Source of the DNA: the human T2T-CHM13v2.0 reference genome, Homo sapiens
Length of the DNA: 64,000 bases
NCBI RefSeq assembly: GCF_009914755.1
Contig: NC_060929.1
Reading direction: 5' to 3' (one strand)
The position numbers and the translations under genes were made by a program. Shown piece by piece: positions 43,211 to 56,703 of the stretch; the first letter of the stretch is position 1, and every line of letters begins with the position of its first letter. The notes under the pieces are model-generated. The model did not search any database, was not told the DNA's origin, and saw only the letters and a program-made list of their open reading frames with translations.

Positions 43211-46200
43211 AAAATGTAATATCTGCAAATAAAAAATAGAAAGAAACATTCTGATAAACTGGTTTATGGTGTGCGCATTTATCTCACAGATTTAAACCTT
43301 TCTTTGGATTCAGCAGTTTGGAAACACGATTTTTGTCATTTGGGAACTCATAGAGGCAAAAGGCAAAAAACCGAATATCCCAGGAAAGATACTAGAAGGA
43401 AGCTATCTATCTGAGAAAGTGCATCGTGAAGTGTGCATTCATCTCAGAGAGTTAAGCCTTTCTTTTCATTCTGCAGTTTGGAAACACTATTTTGGTAGAA
43501 TCTCCAAAGGGATATTTGAGAGTGCATTGAGGCCTATGGTGAAAAATGATATGTGTTCAGATAAAAACCAGAAAGAAACTTTCTGAGAAACTGCTTTGTG
43601 ATGTGTGCATTCATCTCACAGGTTTAAATGTTTCTTTGGATTCAGCAGTTTGGAAACACTGTTTTTTTTCCATTCTGCAAGTGGACATTTTGGAGCTAAT
43701 TGAGGCCAATGGCCAAAAAGCGAATATCCCAGAGTAAAAAACTGGAGGACCGTATCGGAGAAACTGCCCTCTGATGTGTGCATTCATCTCAAATTGTTAA
43801 ACATTTCTTTTCATTCAGCAGTTTGGAAACACTGTTTTTTTAGAATATGCAAAGAGATAATTTGTAGCTCATTGAGGCCTAACGTGAAAAAGGAAATATC
43901 TTCAGATAAAAACTAGAAAGAAGCTTTCTGAGAAACTGCTTTGGGATGAGTGCATTAATCTTACAGAGTTAAAGCTTTCTTTGGATTCAGTAGTTTGGAA
44001 ACACTGTTTTTTTAGAATCTGTGAAGAGATATTTTGTAGTGCATTGAGGCCTATGATGAAAAACGAAATATCTTCAGATAAAAACAAGAAAGAACCTTAA
44101 TGAGAAACAGGTTTTCAATGTGTGCATTCATCTCACAGAGTTAAACCTTCCTTTGGATTCAGCAGTTTGGAAATACTGTTTTTGTCCATTCTGTGAATGG
44201 ACATTTGGGAGCTAATTGAGGCCAATGGCAAAAAAGGGAATATCCCAGGGTAAAAATTGGAGGAAGCTATCTGAGTAACCGCTTTGTGATGTGTGCATTC
44301 ATCTCTTAGATTTAAACCTTTGCACTCATTCAGCAGTCTGGAATCAGTGTTTTTGCAGTATCTGTTTAGGGAAATTTGGGAGGCCATTGAGGCTTTTGAT
44401 GAAATAGGAAATATCTTCAGATAAAAACTAGAAAGAATCTTTCTGAGAAACTACTTTGTGATGTGTACATTCATCTCACAGAGTTCAATCTTTCTTTTGA
44501 TTCAGCAGATTGGAAACACTGTTTTTGTCCATTCTGTGAATGGACATTCAGGAACTCATTGAGGCCAACGGTGAAAAAGTGAATATTCCAGGATGCAAAC
44601 TAGAAGGAAGCTATCTGAGAAACGGCTTTGTGATGATGTGTGCATTCATCTCCTAGAGTTAAACATTTCTTTTTCATTCAGCTGTCTGGAATCACTCTTT
44701 TTACAGTATCTGCATAGGGAAATTTAGGAACCCATTGAGGCCTTTGATGAAATAGGAAATATCTTCAGATAAAAACTAGAAAGAAGCTTTCTGAGAAACT
44801 GCTTTGTGATGTGTGCATTCATCTCACAGAGTTAAAAGTTTCTAAGGATTCAACAATTTGGAAACACAGTTTTTGTCCATTTTTCCTATGGATATTTGGG
44901 AGCTCATGGAGGCCAATGGTGAAAAAGGAAATATCCCAGGTAAATACTAGAAGGAAGCTATCTGAAAAACAGCATTGTGTTGTGTGCTTTCATCTCTGAG
45001 TGTTAAACTCCTTTTTCATTTAGCACTTTGGAAACACTGTTTTGGTAGAATCTGCGAAGGGATATTTGGCAGTGCCTTGAGGCCAATGGTGAAAAAGGAA
45101 ATATCTTCAGATACAAACTAGAAAGAAGCTTTCTGAGAAACTGTTTTGTGATCTGTGCATACATCTCACAGAGTTAAACGTTTCTTTGGATTCAGCAGTT
45201 TGGAAATACTGTTTTTGTTTTTTCTGCAAGTGGATATTTGAGAGTTCATTGAAGCCAATGCTGAAAAAGACAATATCCCAGGATTAAAACTAGAAGGAAG
45301 GTATCTGAGAAACCCCTGTGTGATGTGTGCATTCACCTCCTAAATTTAAAACTTTCTTTTCTTTCAGTAGTTTGGAAATATGTTTTGGTAGAATATGTGA
45401 AGGGGTATTTTGGAGTGCATTGAAGCCCAGGGTGAAAAAATATAGCTTCAGAAAACACTAGAAATAATCTTTCTGAGAAACTGCTTTCTGATGGGTGCAT
45501 TCATCTCACAATGTTAAAACTTTCTTTGGATTCAGCAGTTTGCAAACATTGTTTTTATCCATTCTGCGAATGGACATTTGAGAACTCGCTGAGACCAATG
45601 GTGAAAACTTGAATAATCCAGCATAAAAACTAGACAGAACCTATCTGAGAAACTGCTTTGTGATGTGTGCATTCATCTCCTACATTTAAAGCTTTCTTTT
45701 CATTCGGCAGTTTGGAATCACTGTTTTTGCAGTATCTGTGAATGGGAGTTTGGGAGTGCATTGGGCCTTTGATGATATAGGAAATATCTTCAGATAAAAA
45801 CTAGACAGAAGTTTTCTGAGAAACTGCTTTGTGATGTGTGCATTCATCTCACAGAGTTAAACATTTCTTTCAATGCAGCAGCTTGGAAACACTGTTTTTG
45901 TTCATTCCACAACTGGACATTTGGGAGCTCATTGAGTCTAATGGTGAAAAAGAAAATATCCCACTTTAAATACTAGAAGGAAGTTATCTGAGAAACCGTG
46001 TTGTGAGGTATGCATTCATCTCACAGACTTAAACTTTTCTTTTCATTCAGCAAATTGGAAACAGTGTTTTTGTAGAATCTGAGAAGGGATATTTTGGAGT
46101 GCATTGCGGCCTGTGGTGAAAAATGAAATACCTTCTATTATAAACTAGAAAGAAATGTTCTGAGAAAATGCTGTGTGGTGTGTGCATTCATCTCACAGAG

Positions 46201-47980
46201 TTAAACCTTTCTTTTGATTCAGCAGCTTGGAAACACGGTTTTTGCCTGTCCTGCAAATGGACATTTTGGAACTCATTCAGGTCAATGGGAAAAAAGTGAA
46301 TATCCCAGGATAAAAATTAGAAGGAAGCGATCTGAGAAAGCACGTTGTGATGTGTGCATTCATCTCACAGAGGCAAACTTTTCTTTTCAGTCAGCAGTTT
46401 AGAAACACTCTTTTGGTAGAATCTGCAAAGGGATATTTGGGAGCGCACTGAGGCCTGTGGTGAAAAATGAAATATATTCAGATAAAAAGTAGAAAGCTTT
46501 CTGAGAAACTGCTTTGTGTTGTCTGCATTCATCTCCCAGAGTTCAAAGTATCTTTGGAGTCATCTATTTGGAAACACTTTTTGTCCATTCTGCAAATGGA
46601 CATTTGGGAACGCATGGAGGCCCATGGTGAAAAAGTGAATATTCCCGAATAAAAACTAGAAGGAAGCTACCTGAGAAAATGCTTTGTGATGTGTCCATTC
46701 ATCTCCTAAAGTAAGTTAAAACGTTATTTTCACTTAGCAGGTTTGGAAACACTGTTTTTGTTGACTCTGTGAAGGGATATTTGGGAGTGCATTGAGGCCT
46801 ATGGTGAAAAAGGAAATATCATCTTCAGATAAAAAATAGAAAGAATCTTTCTGAGAAACTGCTTTTTGATGTGTGCATTCATATCAAAGATTTAAGCCTT
46901 TCTTTTGATTCAGCAGTTTGGAAACACTGTTTTTGTCCATTATTCAAATGGACATTTTGGAACTCTTTGAAGCCAATTGTGAAAAAGTGAATATCCCAGG
47001 ATAAAAACTAGAAGGAAGTTATCTGAGAAACCGCATTGTGTTGTGTGCATTCATCTCCAAGAGTTAAACTTTTCTTTTCATTCAGCAGGTTGGAATCACA
47101 GTTTTTGCAGTATCTGTGAAGGCATATTTGGGAGCGCATTGAGGCTTGTGGTGAAAAAGGAAATATCTTCAGAGAAAAACTAGAAAGAATCTTTCTGAGA
47201 AACTGCTTTGTGATGTGTGCATTCATCTCACAGAGTTAAACGTTTCTTTGGGTTCAGCAGTTTGGAAACAATGTTTTTGACCATTCCTTGAAAGGATATA
47301 TGAGAACTCACTGAGGCCAAAGGCGAGAAAGCAAATATCCCAGCTTAAAAAGTAGAAGGAAGCTACCTGAGAAACTACTTAGTGATGTCTGCATTCATCT
47401 TGAAGAGTTAAACTTTTCTTTTCATTCAACAGTTGGGAAACACAGTTCTGATAGAATCTGTGAAGGGATATTTGGGAATGCATAGAGGCCTATTGTGAAA
47501 AACAAAATACCTTCAGAGAAAAACTAGACAGAAACATTCTGAGAAACTTCTTTGTGATTTGTGCATTCATCTCACAAAGTTAAAACTTTCTTTGGGTTCA
47601 GTGGTTTGGAAACACTGTTTTTGTCCATTCTGTGAATGGACATTTCAGAACTCATTGAGGCCAACAGTGAAAAAGCAAATATACCATAATCAAAACTAGA
47701 TCCAACCTATCTGAGAAACTGCTTTGTGATGTATGGTTTCGTCTTTTAGTGTTAAACTTTTGTTTTCTTTCAGCAGTTTTAAATCACTGTTTTAGTAGAA
47801 TCAGCAAATGGATATGTGGGAGTTCATTGAGTACTAAGGCAAAAACAAATATCGCAGGATAAAAATTAGAAGGAAGCTATCTGAGAAACCACTTTGGATG
47901 TGTGCATTCCTCTCCTAGGGTAAAACCTTTCTTGTCATTCAGCAGTTTGGAGACAATATTTTTGCACTATCTGCAAAGGT

Positions 47981-50900
47981 AAATGGTGTTTCCAAACTGC
48001 TGAATCCAAAGAAATGCTTAACTCTGTGAAATGAATGCATGCATCATGAATCAGTCTCTCACGAAGTTTCTAGTTTTTCTCTAAAGATATTTCCTTTTTC
48101 ACCATACATCTCAAAGTGCTCCCAAATTTTTCTTCACAGATAATGCAAGAAAAGTGATTTCAAACTGCTGAATGAAAAGCAAGTTTTATGTATGTGAGAT
48201 GAATTCACACATCACAAAGCTGTTTCTCAGAAAGCTTCTTTCTAGTTTTTATCTGAAGATATTTCCTTTTTAACCATAAGCTTCAAAGTGTTCCCAAATA
48301 TCTCTTCATAGGTCCTGCCAAAACATTGTTTCCAAACTGCTGAATGAAAAGAAATGTTTAACTCTAGGAGATGAATGCACCCATCAGAAAGCAGTTTTTC
48401 AGATAGCTTCCTCCTAGTTTTTATCCTGGGATATTCGCTTCTTTGCCATTGGCCTAAATAAGTTCCCAAATGTCGATTCACAGAAAGGACAAAACAGTGT
48501 TACCAAACTGCTGAATCCAAAGAAAGTTTTAACTATGTAAGATGAATGCACACATCACAGAGCAGTTTCTCAGAAAGCTTCTTTCTAGTTTTTATCTGAA
48601 GATATTTCCTTTTCCACCATAGGCCTCAAAGTGCTCCCAAATGTCCTTTCACAGATTCTACCAAAACATTGTTTCCAAACTGCTGAAAGAAAATTTTAAA
48701 TTTGTGTGACGAATGCACACAACCCAACATGGTTTCTCAGATAGCTTCCTTCTAGTTTTTATCCTGGGATATTCACTCTTTCACCATTGGTGTCAAAGAT
48801 CTCCCAAATGTCCATTTGCAGAATTTATGAAAATGAACTTTTGAAACTGCTGAATGCAGAGAAAAGTTTAACTCTGTTTGATGAATGCACACATCACAAG
48901 GCAGTTTCTCAGAAAGCTTCATTCAAGTTCTTATCTGAAGATATTTCCTTATTCACCAGAGACCTCAATACACTCTCAAATATCCCTTTGTAGATTCTAC
49001 CAAAACAGCGTTTCCAAACTGCTCAATGAAAAGAAAGGTTTATCTCTATGAGATGAATGCACACATCACAAAGTGATGTCTCAGATAGATTCCTTCTAGA
49101 TTTTATCCTGGGATATTCTCTTTTTCACATTTATCATCAATGAGCTCCCAAATGTCTACTCACAGGATGGAAAAATCAGTGTTTCCAAAATGTTGAATCC
49201 TAAGAAAGTTTTAAATCCATGAGATAAATGCATACAACACAAAGCAGTCTCTCAGAAAGATTCTATTTTCTATCCGAAGATATTTCCTTTTACACCATAG
49301 GCCTGAATGCGCCCCCAAATATCAGTTTGCAGATTTTACCAAAACAGTGTTTCCAAACAGCTGAATGAAAACAACGTTTTAAATCTAGGAAATGAAAGCA
49401 CACATCACAGAGCAGAGTCTCAGATAGCTTTCTTCTTCTTTTTATCCTGGGATATTTGCCTTTTTGCCATTGGCCTCAATGAGAACCCAAATGTCCATTT
49501 GCAGATATGGAAAAAACTGTTTTTCCAATCTCCTGAATCCATAGAAAGGTTTACATCTGTGATATGAATGCACACATCACAAAGCAGTTTCTCAGAAAGA
49601 TTCTTTCAAGTTCTTATCAGAAGATATTTCATTTTTCACTGTAGGCCACAATTTGCTCCCAAATATCCCTTTGCAGATTCTACCAAAACAGTATTTCCAA
49701 ACTGACGAATTAAAAGAAATGTTAAACTTGGTGAGATGAAAGCATACATCACAAAACCCTTTCTCAGATAGGTTACTTGGAGTTTTTATCCTGGGATATT
49801 CGCTTTTTCACGATTGACCTCATTGAGCTCCCAAATGTCCATTAAAGGGACAAAAACAGTGTTTCCAAACTGCTGAATCCAAAGAAACGTTTAACTCTGA
49901 GATGACTGCACACATCACAAAGCAGTCTCTCAGAAAGCTTATTTCTAGTTTTTATCTGAATATATTTCCTTTTTCAAAATAGGCCCCAATGTGCTTCCAA
50001 ATATCCCTTCCCAGCTTCTACCAAAACAGTGTTTCCAAATTGCTGAATGAAAAGGAAGTTTTAACACTATAAGAATAGTGCACACATCACAAAGCTGTTT
50101 CTCAGGTAGCTTCCTTCTAGTATTTATCCTGGGATATTTGCTTTTTCTTCCTTAGCCTCAATGAGTTCCCAAATGTGCATTTGCAGAATGGACGAAAACA
50201 GTGTTTCCCAACTCCTGAATTCAAAAGAAGGTTTAATTCTGTGAAATGAATGCACACATTACAAAGCAGTTTCTCAGAAAGCTTCTTTCAACTTTTTATC
50301 TGAGAATACTTCCTTTTTCACTGTAGGCCTCAAAGCACTCCCAAATATCCCTTTGCAGATTCTACCATACATTGTTTCCAAAGTGCGGAATGAAAATAAA
50401 AGTTTAAATTTGCAAGATGAATGCACGTATCACAAAGCACTTTCTCAGATAGCTTCCTTGTTGTTTACATCCTAGGATACTTGCTTTTTTGCCATTAACT
50501 TCAAGGAGCTCCCAAATGTCAAATTGCAGACTGGACAATAACAGCGTTTCCAAATTTTAGAATCCAAAAAAACGTTAAAATCTGTGAGATGAAGGCTCAC
50601 ATCACAAAGCAGTTTCTCAGAAAGCTTCTTTCTAGTTTTTATCTGAAGATATTTCCTTTTTCACCACAGGCCTGAATGCTCTCCCAAATATTCCTTTGAA
50701 GATTCTACCAAAACATTGTTTCCAAACTGCTGAATGAAAGGAAAGTTTTAACTTAAGGAGATTAATGCACACGTCACAAATAGTTTCTCACATAGCTTCC
50801 TTCTAGATTTATCATGGGAGATTTGCTTTTTTGCCATTGGCTTCAATGAGTTTCCAAACGTTCATTTGCAGAATTGACAAAAACAGTGTTTCTAAACTGC

Positions 50901-53900
50901 AGAATCCAAAGAAAAGTTATCTCTGTGAGATGGGTGCACACACCACAAAGTAGTTTGTCACAAAAATTCTTTCTAGTTCCTATCTTAAGATAATTACTTT
51001 TTCTCCATTGGCCTCAATGCGCTCCAAATTATCCCTTCACAGTTTCTGCCAAAACAGTGTTTCCAAACTGCTGGATGTAAAGAAAGTTTTAACTCTAGGA
51101 GATCAATGCACACATCACAAATTGGTTTCTCAGATTGCTTCCTTCAAGATTTTATCCTGGGATATTTGCTTTTTCACCTTTTGCCTCAATGACTTCCCAA
51201 CTATCCATTCACTGAAAGGACAAAAACAGTGTTTCCAAACTGTTGAATCCAAAGAAAGGTTTAATTCTGTGAGATGAATGCACATATCACAAAGCAATTT
51301 GTCAGAAAGTTTCTTTCTAGTTTTTTTCTGAAGATATTTCATTTTTCAAGATAGGCCTCAATGCACTCCCAAATATTCCTTTGGAGATTCTACAAAAACA
51401 GTGTTTAAAAACTACTGAATGAAAAGAAAGCTTTCACTTTGTGAGATGAATGCACACATCACAAAGCACTTTCTCAGAGAGCTTCCTTCTAGTTTTCATC
51501 CCAGGATATTCACCTTCTCACCCCTGGCCTCAATGACCTCCCAAATGTCCATTTGCAGAATGGAGAAAAATAGTGCTCCCAAACTGCTGAATCCTAAGAA
51601 ACGTTTAATTCTGTGATATGAATGCACAAATCACAAAGCGGTTTCTCAAAAAAATTCTTTCTTTTTTTATCTGAAGATATTTCCTTTTTCAGCAGAGCCC
51701 TCAAAGCACAATGAAACATCCCTTCGCAGATTCTACCAAAACACTGTTTCCAAACTGCTTAATGTAAAGAAAGGTTTAACTCTAGATGATGAATGCGCAC
51801 ATCACAAAGCAGTTTCTCAGACAGCTTCCTTCTAATTTTCATCCAGGGATATTCACTTTTTTGCCATTGGCCTCAATGAGTTCCCAAATGTCCATTCGCA
51901 GAAAGGACAAAAACAAAGTTTCCAAACTGCTGAATCCAAAGAAAAGTTTAAGTTTGTGAAATGAATGCACCCATCAAAAAGCAGGTTCTCAGAAAGTTTC
52001 TTTCTAGTTTTTATCTGAAGATATTTCATTTTTCACCAAAGGCTTCAATGCAATCCCACATACCTGTTCACACATTCTACCCTAACAGTGTTTCCAAACC
52101 GTTGAATAAAAAGAAATGTTTAACTCTGTGAGATGAATGCCCACAAAACAACACGGTTTCTCAGGTAGCATCTTTTAGTTTTTATCCTGGGATAATCCCT
52201 TTTCTACCATTGACCTCAAAGAGCTCCAAAATGTCCATTCTCAGAATAGACAAAAACAGTGTTTCCTAACTTCTCAATCCAAAGAAATGTTTAACTCTGT
52301 GAGATGAATGTACACATCACAAAGCAATTTCTCACAAAGCCTCTTTCTGGTTTTTATCTGAAGATATTTCCTTTTTCACTATAGGCCTCAAAGGGCTCCC
52401 AAATATACTTTTAAAGATTCTACCAAAACAGTGTTTCCAAACTGCTGAATGAAAAGACAGGTTTAACTCCAGGAGATGAGTGTACACATCACAAAGCAGT
52501 TTCTCAGATAGCTTCCTTCTAATATTTAGCCTGGGATATTCCCTTGTTTGCCATTGGCCTCAATGAGTTTCTAAATGTCCATTGGTCTCAATGAGTTTCC
52601 AAATGTCCATTAGCAGTGTTTCCAAACTGCTGAATCCGAAGAGAGGTTTAACTCTGTGAGATGAATGCACACATCACAAAGCAGTTCTTCAGAAAGCTTC
52701 TTTCATGTTTTTATATGAAGATATTTCCTGTTTCACCAAAGGCCTCAAAGTGCTCCCAAAATTGCATTCACAGATACAGCAAAAACAGGGATTACAAACT
52801 GCTGAATGAAAATAAACGCTTATCTCTATGAGGTCAATGCACACATCACAAAGTGGTGTGTCAGATAGCTTCCTTCAAGTTTTTATCCTGTGGTATTCTC
52901 TTTTTCGCCTTTGGCTTCAATGAGTTCCCAAATATCCATTTGCAGAATGGGCAAAAACAGTGTTTCCAAATTGCTGAATCCAAAGAAAGGTTTAAATATG
53001 AGAAATAAATGCTAACAACACAAGGCCATTTTTCAGAAACATTCTTTCTAGCTTCTATTGGAAGATATTTCCTTTTCCATCAAAGGCCTCAATGTGCTCC
53101 CAAATATCCCTTCACAAATTCTACCAATCAAGTGTTTCCAAACCATTGATTCAAAAAAGGCTTAATGCTAGGAGATGAATGCACACATCACAAAGTGGTT
53201 TCTCAGGTAGCTTCCTTCCAGTTTTCATCCTGGGATATTCACTTCTTCACCACTGACCTCAATGAGTTCCCAACTGTGCATTCACAGAATGGACAAAAAA
53301 CAGTGTTTCCAAGTTGATGAGTCCAAAGAAAGTTTTAAATCTGTGAGATGAATGCACACATCACAAAGCAGTTTCTCAAAAACCTTCTTTCAAATTTTTA
53401 TCTGAAAATATTTCCTTTTTCACCAGAGACCTCAAAGCGCTCCCAAATATCCCTTCACAGATTCTGCCAAAACACTTTCCAAACAGCTGAATGAAAAGAA
53501 AGGTTTAACTCTAGGAGCTGAATGCACACATCGCAAAGCTGTTTCTTAGATAGCTTCCTACTAGTTTTTACCCTTGGATACTCACTTTTTTGCCATTGGC
53601 CTCGATGAGTTCCCAAATGTCCATTAGCAGAATTGACAAAAACAATCTTTCCAAACTGCTGAATGCAAAGTAAGATTTAACTCTGTGTGGTGAATGCACA
53701 CATCACAAAGCCATTTCTCAGAAAGCTTCTTTCTAGTTTATATCTGAAGATATTTCAATTTTTGCCATAGGCCTCAATGTGCTCCCAAATATCCCTTCGC
53801 AGATTCTACCACAATAGTGTTTCCAAACTGCTGAATGAAAAGAAAAGTTAAATCTGTGGTTAAATGCACACATCACAACACGGTTGCTCAGATAATTTCC

Positions 53901-56703
53901 TTCTAATTTTTATCCTGGGATATTCCTTTTTTCACCATTGGCCTCTATGAGCTCCCAAATGTCCATTCGCAAAATGGACGAAAACAATATTTACAAACAA
54001 CTGAATGCAAAGAGAAGTTTAAGTATATGGGATGAATGCACACATCACAAGGCGGCTTCTCAGAAAGCTTCTTTCTAGTTTTTATCTGAAGATATTTGTT
54101 ATTTCATCAAAGACCTCAATGCGCTCCCAAATATCCCTTTGCAGATACTAGCAGAACAATGTTTCCAAACTGCTGAATGAAAAGAAAGGTTTGTCTCTGT
54201 GAGATGAATTCCCACATCAGAAAGCGGTTTCTCAGATAGCTTCCTTCTAGTTTTTATAATGTGATATTCTCTTTTTCATCCTTGGCATCAATGATTTTCC
54301 AAATATCCATTTGCAGAATAAACAAAAACAGTCTTTCCAAACTGCTGAATCCAAAGAAATTTTTAACACTGTGAGATGAATGCACATATCTCAAACCAGT
54401 TTCTCAAAATCTTCTTTCTAGTTTTTATCTGAAGTAATTCTCTTTTTCTCCATAGGCCCCTATATGCTCCCAAATATTCTGTCACAGATTCTACCAAAAG
54501 AGTGTTTCCAAACTGCTGAAAGAAGAGAAAGGTTTCATTCTGTGACATGAATGTGGACATCACAAAGTGGCCTCCCAGATAACTTTCTTCTAGTATTTAT
54601 CCTGTGATATTCCCTTTTTTGACAATGGCCTCAAGGAGCTCCTAAATGTACATTCACAGAATGGACAAAAGCAGTGTTTTCAATCTCCTAAATCAAAACA
54701 AACGTTTAACTCTGTGAGATGAAAGCAAACATCACAAAGCAGTTGCCCAGAAAGCTGCTTACTAGTTTTTATCTGAAGATATTTCCCTTTTCAGCAGAGG
54801 CCTCAATGTGCCTTCAAATATCCCATCACAGAGCGTACCAAAAGAGTCTTTCCAAACTGCCCTATAAAGAGATGTTGAAATCTAGGAGATGAATGCACAC
54901 ATAACAAAGTGGTTTATCAGATAACTTCCTTCTAGTTTTTATCTTGGGATAGACCCTTTTTTGCCTTTGTCCTCAATAAGCTCCTAAAGGTCCATTCGCA
55001 GAATGGGCAACAACAATTCAACAATTGTATCCAAATTGCTGAATCCAAAGAAAGTTTTAATCTGTGAGATGAATGCACACCTCACAAACCAGTTTCTGAG
55101 AAATCATCTTTCTAGTTTTTACCTGAGGATATTTCCTATTTCATCAAAGGCCTCAGTGTGCTCAAAAATTTCCCTTTGCTGACACTGCAAAAACAGTGAT
55201 TCCAGACTGCTGAATGAAAAGAAACTTTCATCTCTGTGAGATGCATGCACCCAACACAACATGATTTCTCATATAGCTTCCTTCGATTTTTTGTCCTGGG
55301 ATATTCCCTTTTCTGCCATTGACCTCAATGAGCTCCCAAAAGTCCATTTGAAGAATGGACAAAAGCAGTGTTTCCAAACTGCTGAATGCAAAGAAAATTT
55401 TACCTCTGCAAGATGAATGCACACATGATGAAGCAGTTTCTCAGATAGCTTCCTTCTAGTTTTCATCCTGGGATATTCGCTTTTTTGCCATTGGCCTCGG
55501 TGAGCTCCCAAATGTCCATTTGTAGAATGGGCAAAAACTGTGTTTCCAAACTGGTGAATCCAAAGAAAGTTTTAATCTGTGAGATGAATGCACACATCAC
55601 AAATCAGTTTCTGATAAATCTTTCTAGTTTTTACCTGGAGATATTTCCTATTTCATCAAAGGCCCCAATGTGCTCACAAATTTCCCTTTGCCAATACTGC
55701 AAAAACAGTGATTCCAAACTACTGAATGAAAAGAAATGTTTTTCTCTGTGAGATGCATGCACCCATCACAACGTGAATTCTCTGATAGCTTCCTTCTTTG
55801 TTATCCTGGGATATTCCTTTTTTTGCCATTGACCTCAACGAGCTCCCAAAAGTCCTTTCAAAGAATGGACAAAAGCAGTGTTTCCAAACTGCTGAATGCA
55901 AAGAAACGATTAACTCTATGAGATTAATGTACACATCACAAAGCAATTTCTCAGAAGTTTTCTTTCTAGTTTTTATCTGAAGATATTTCCTTTTTCAATA
56001 TAGGCCTCAGTGTGCTCCCAAATTTTCCCTTCACAGATTCTACCAAAAGAGTGTTTCCAAACTGCTGAACAAAAACAAAGGTTAAACTCTGTGAGATGAA
56101 AGCCCACATCAGAACACGGTTTCTAAGATACCTTCTTTCTAGTTTTTATCCTGGGATATTGGCTTTTCTGCCATTGGCCTCAATGAGTTCCCAAATATCC
56201 ATTTGCAGGATGGACAAAAACAGTGTTTCCCTACTGCTGAATCCAAAGAAAGTTTTAACTCTGTGAGATGAATGCACACACCACAAAGCAGTTTCTTGGA
56301 AAGCTTCTTTCTATTTTTATCTGAAGATATTTCCTTTTTCATCAAAGCCTCAAAGTGCTCCCATATTTCCCTTCGCAGATACTGCAAAAACAGTGATTCC
56401 AAACTGCTGAAGGAAAAGAAGGATTTATCTCTGCAAGATGAATGCAGACATCACAAAGTGGTTTCTCAGATACTGTCCTTCTAGTATTTAACCTGGGATA
56501 TTCTCTTTTTTGCCCTTGGTGTCAATGAGTTCCCAAATGTCCATTCTCAGAAGGGACAAAAACAGTGTTTCCAAACTGGTGAATCCAGAGAAATGTTTAA
56601 CTCTATGAGATAAATGCACGTATCAAAAATCAGTTTCTCAGAAAGCTTCTTTCTTTTTTTTATATGAAGTTATTTCCTTTTTCACAATAGACCTCAATGC
56701 ACT
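47981..56703 (-). repeat. Alpha satellite, dimeric type, reverse orientation
   Basis: Reverse-complement monomers alternating CCCAAATGTCCATTCRCAGAATGGACAAAAAC and CCCAAATATCCCTTYRCAGATTCTACCAAAAC. Confidence 0.96.
55040..55900 (-). repeat. Duplication at 3-monomer (~515 bp) spacing
   Basis: AAAGTTTTAATCTGTGAG, TTTTTACCTG, GAGATGCATGCACCCA, CCCAAAAGTCC and GGACAAAAGCAGTG recur ~510-515 bp apart. Confidence 0.85.
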
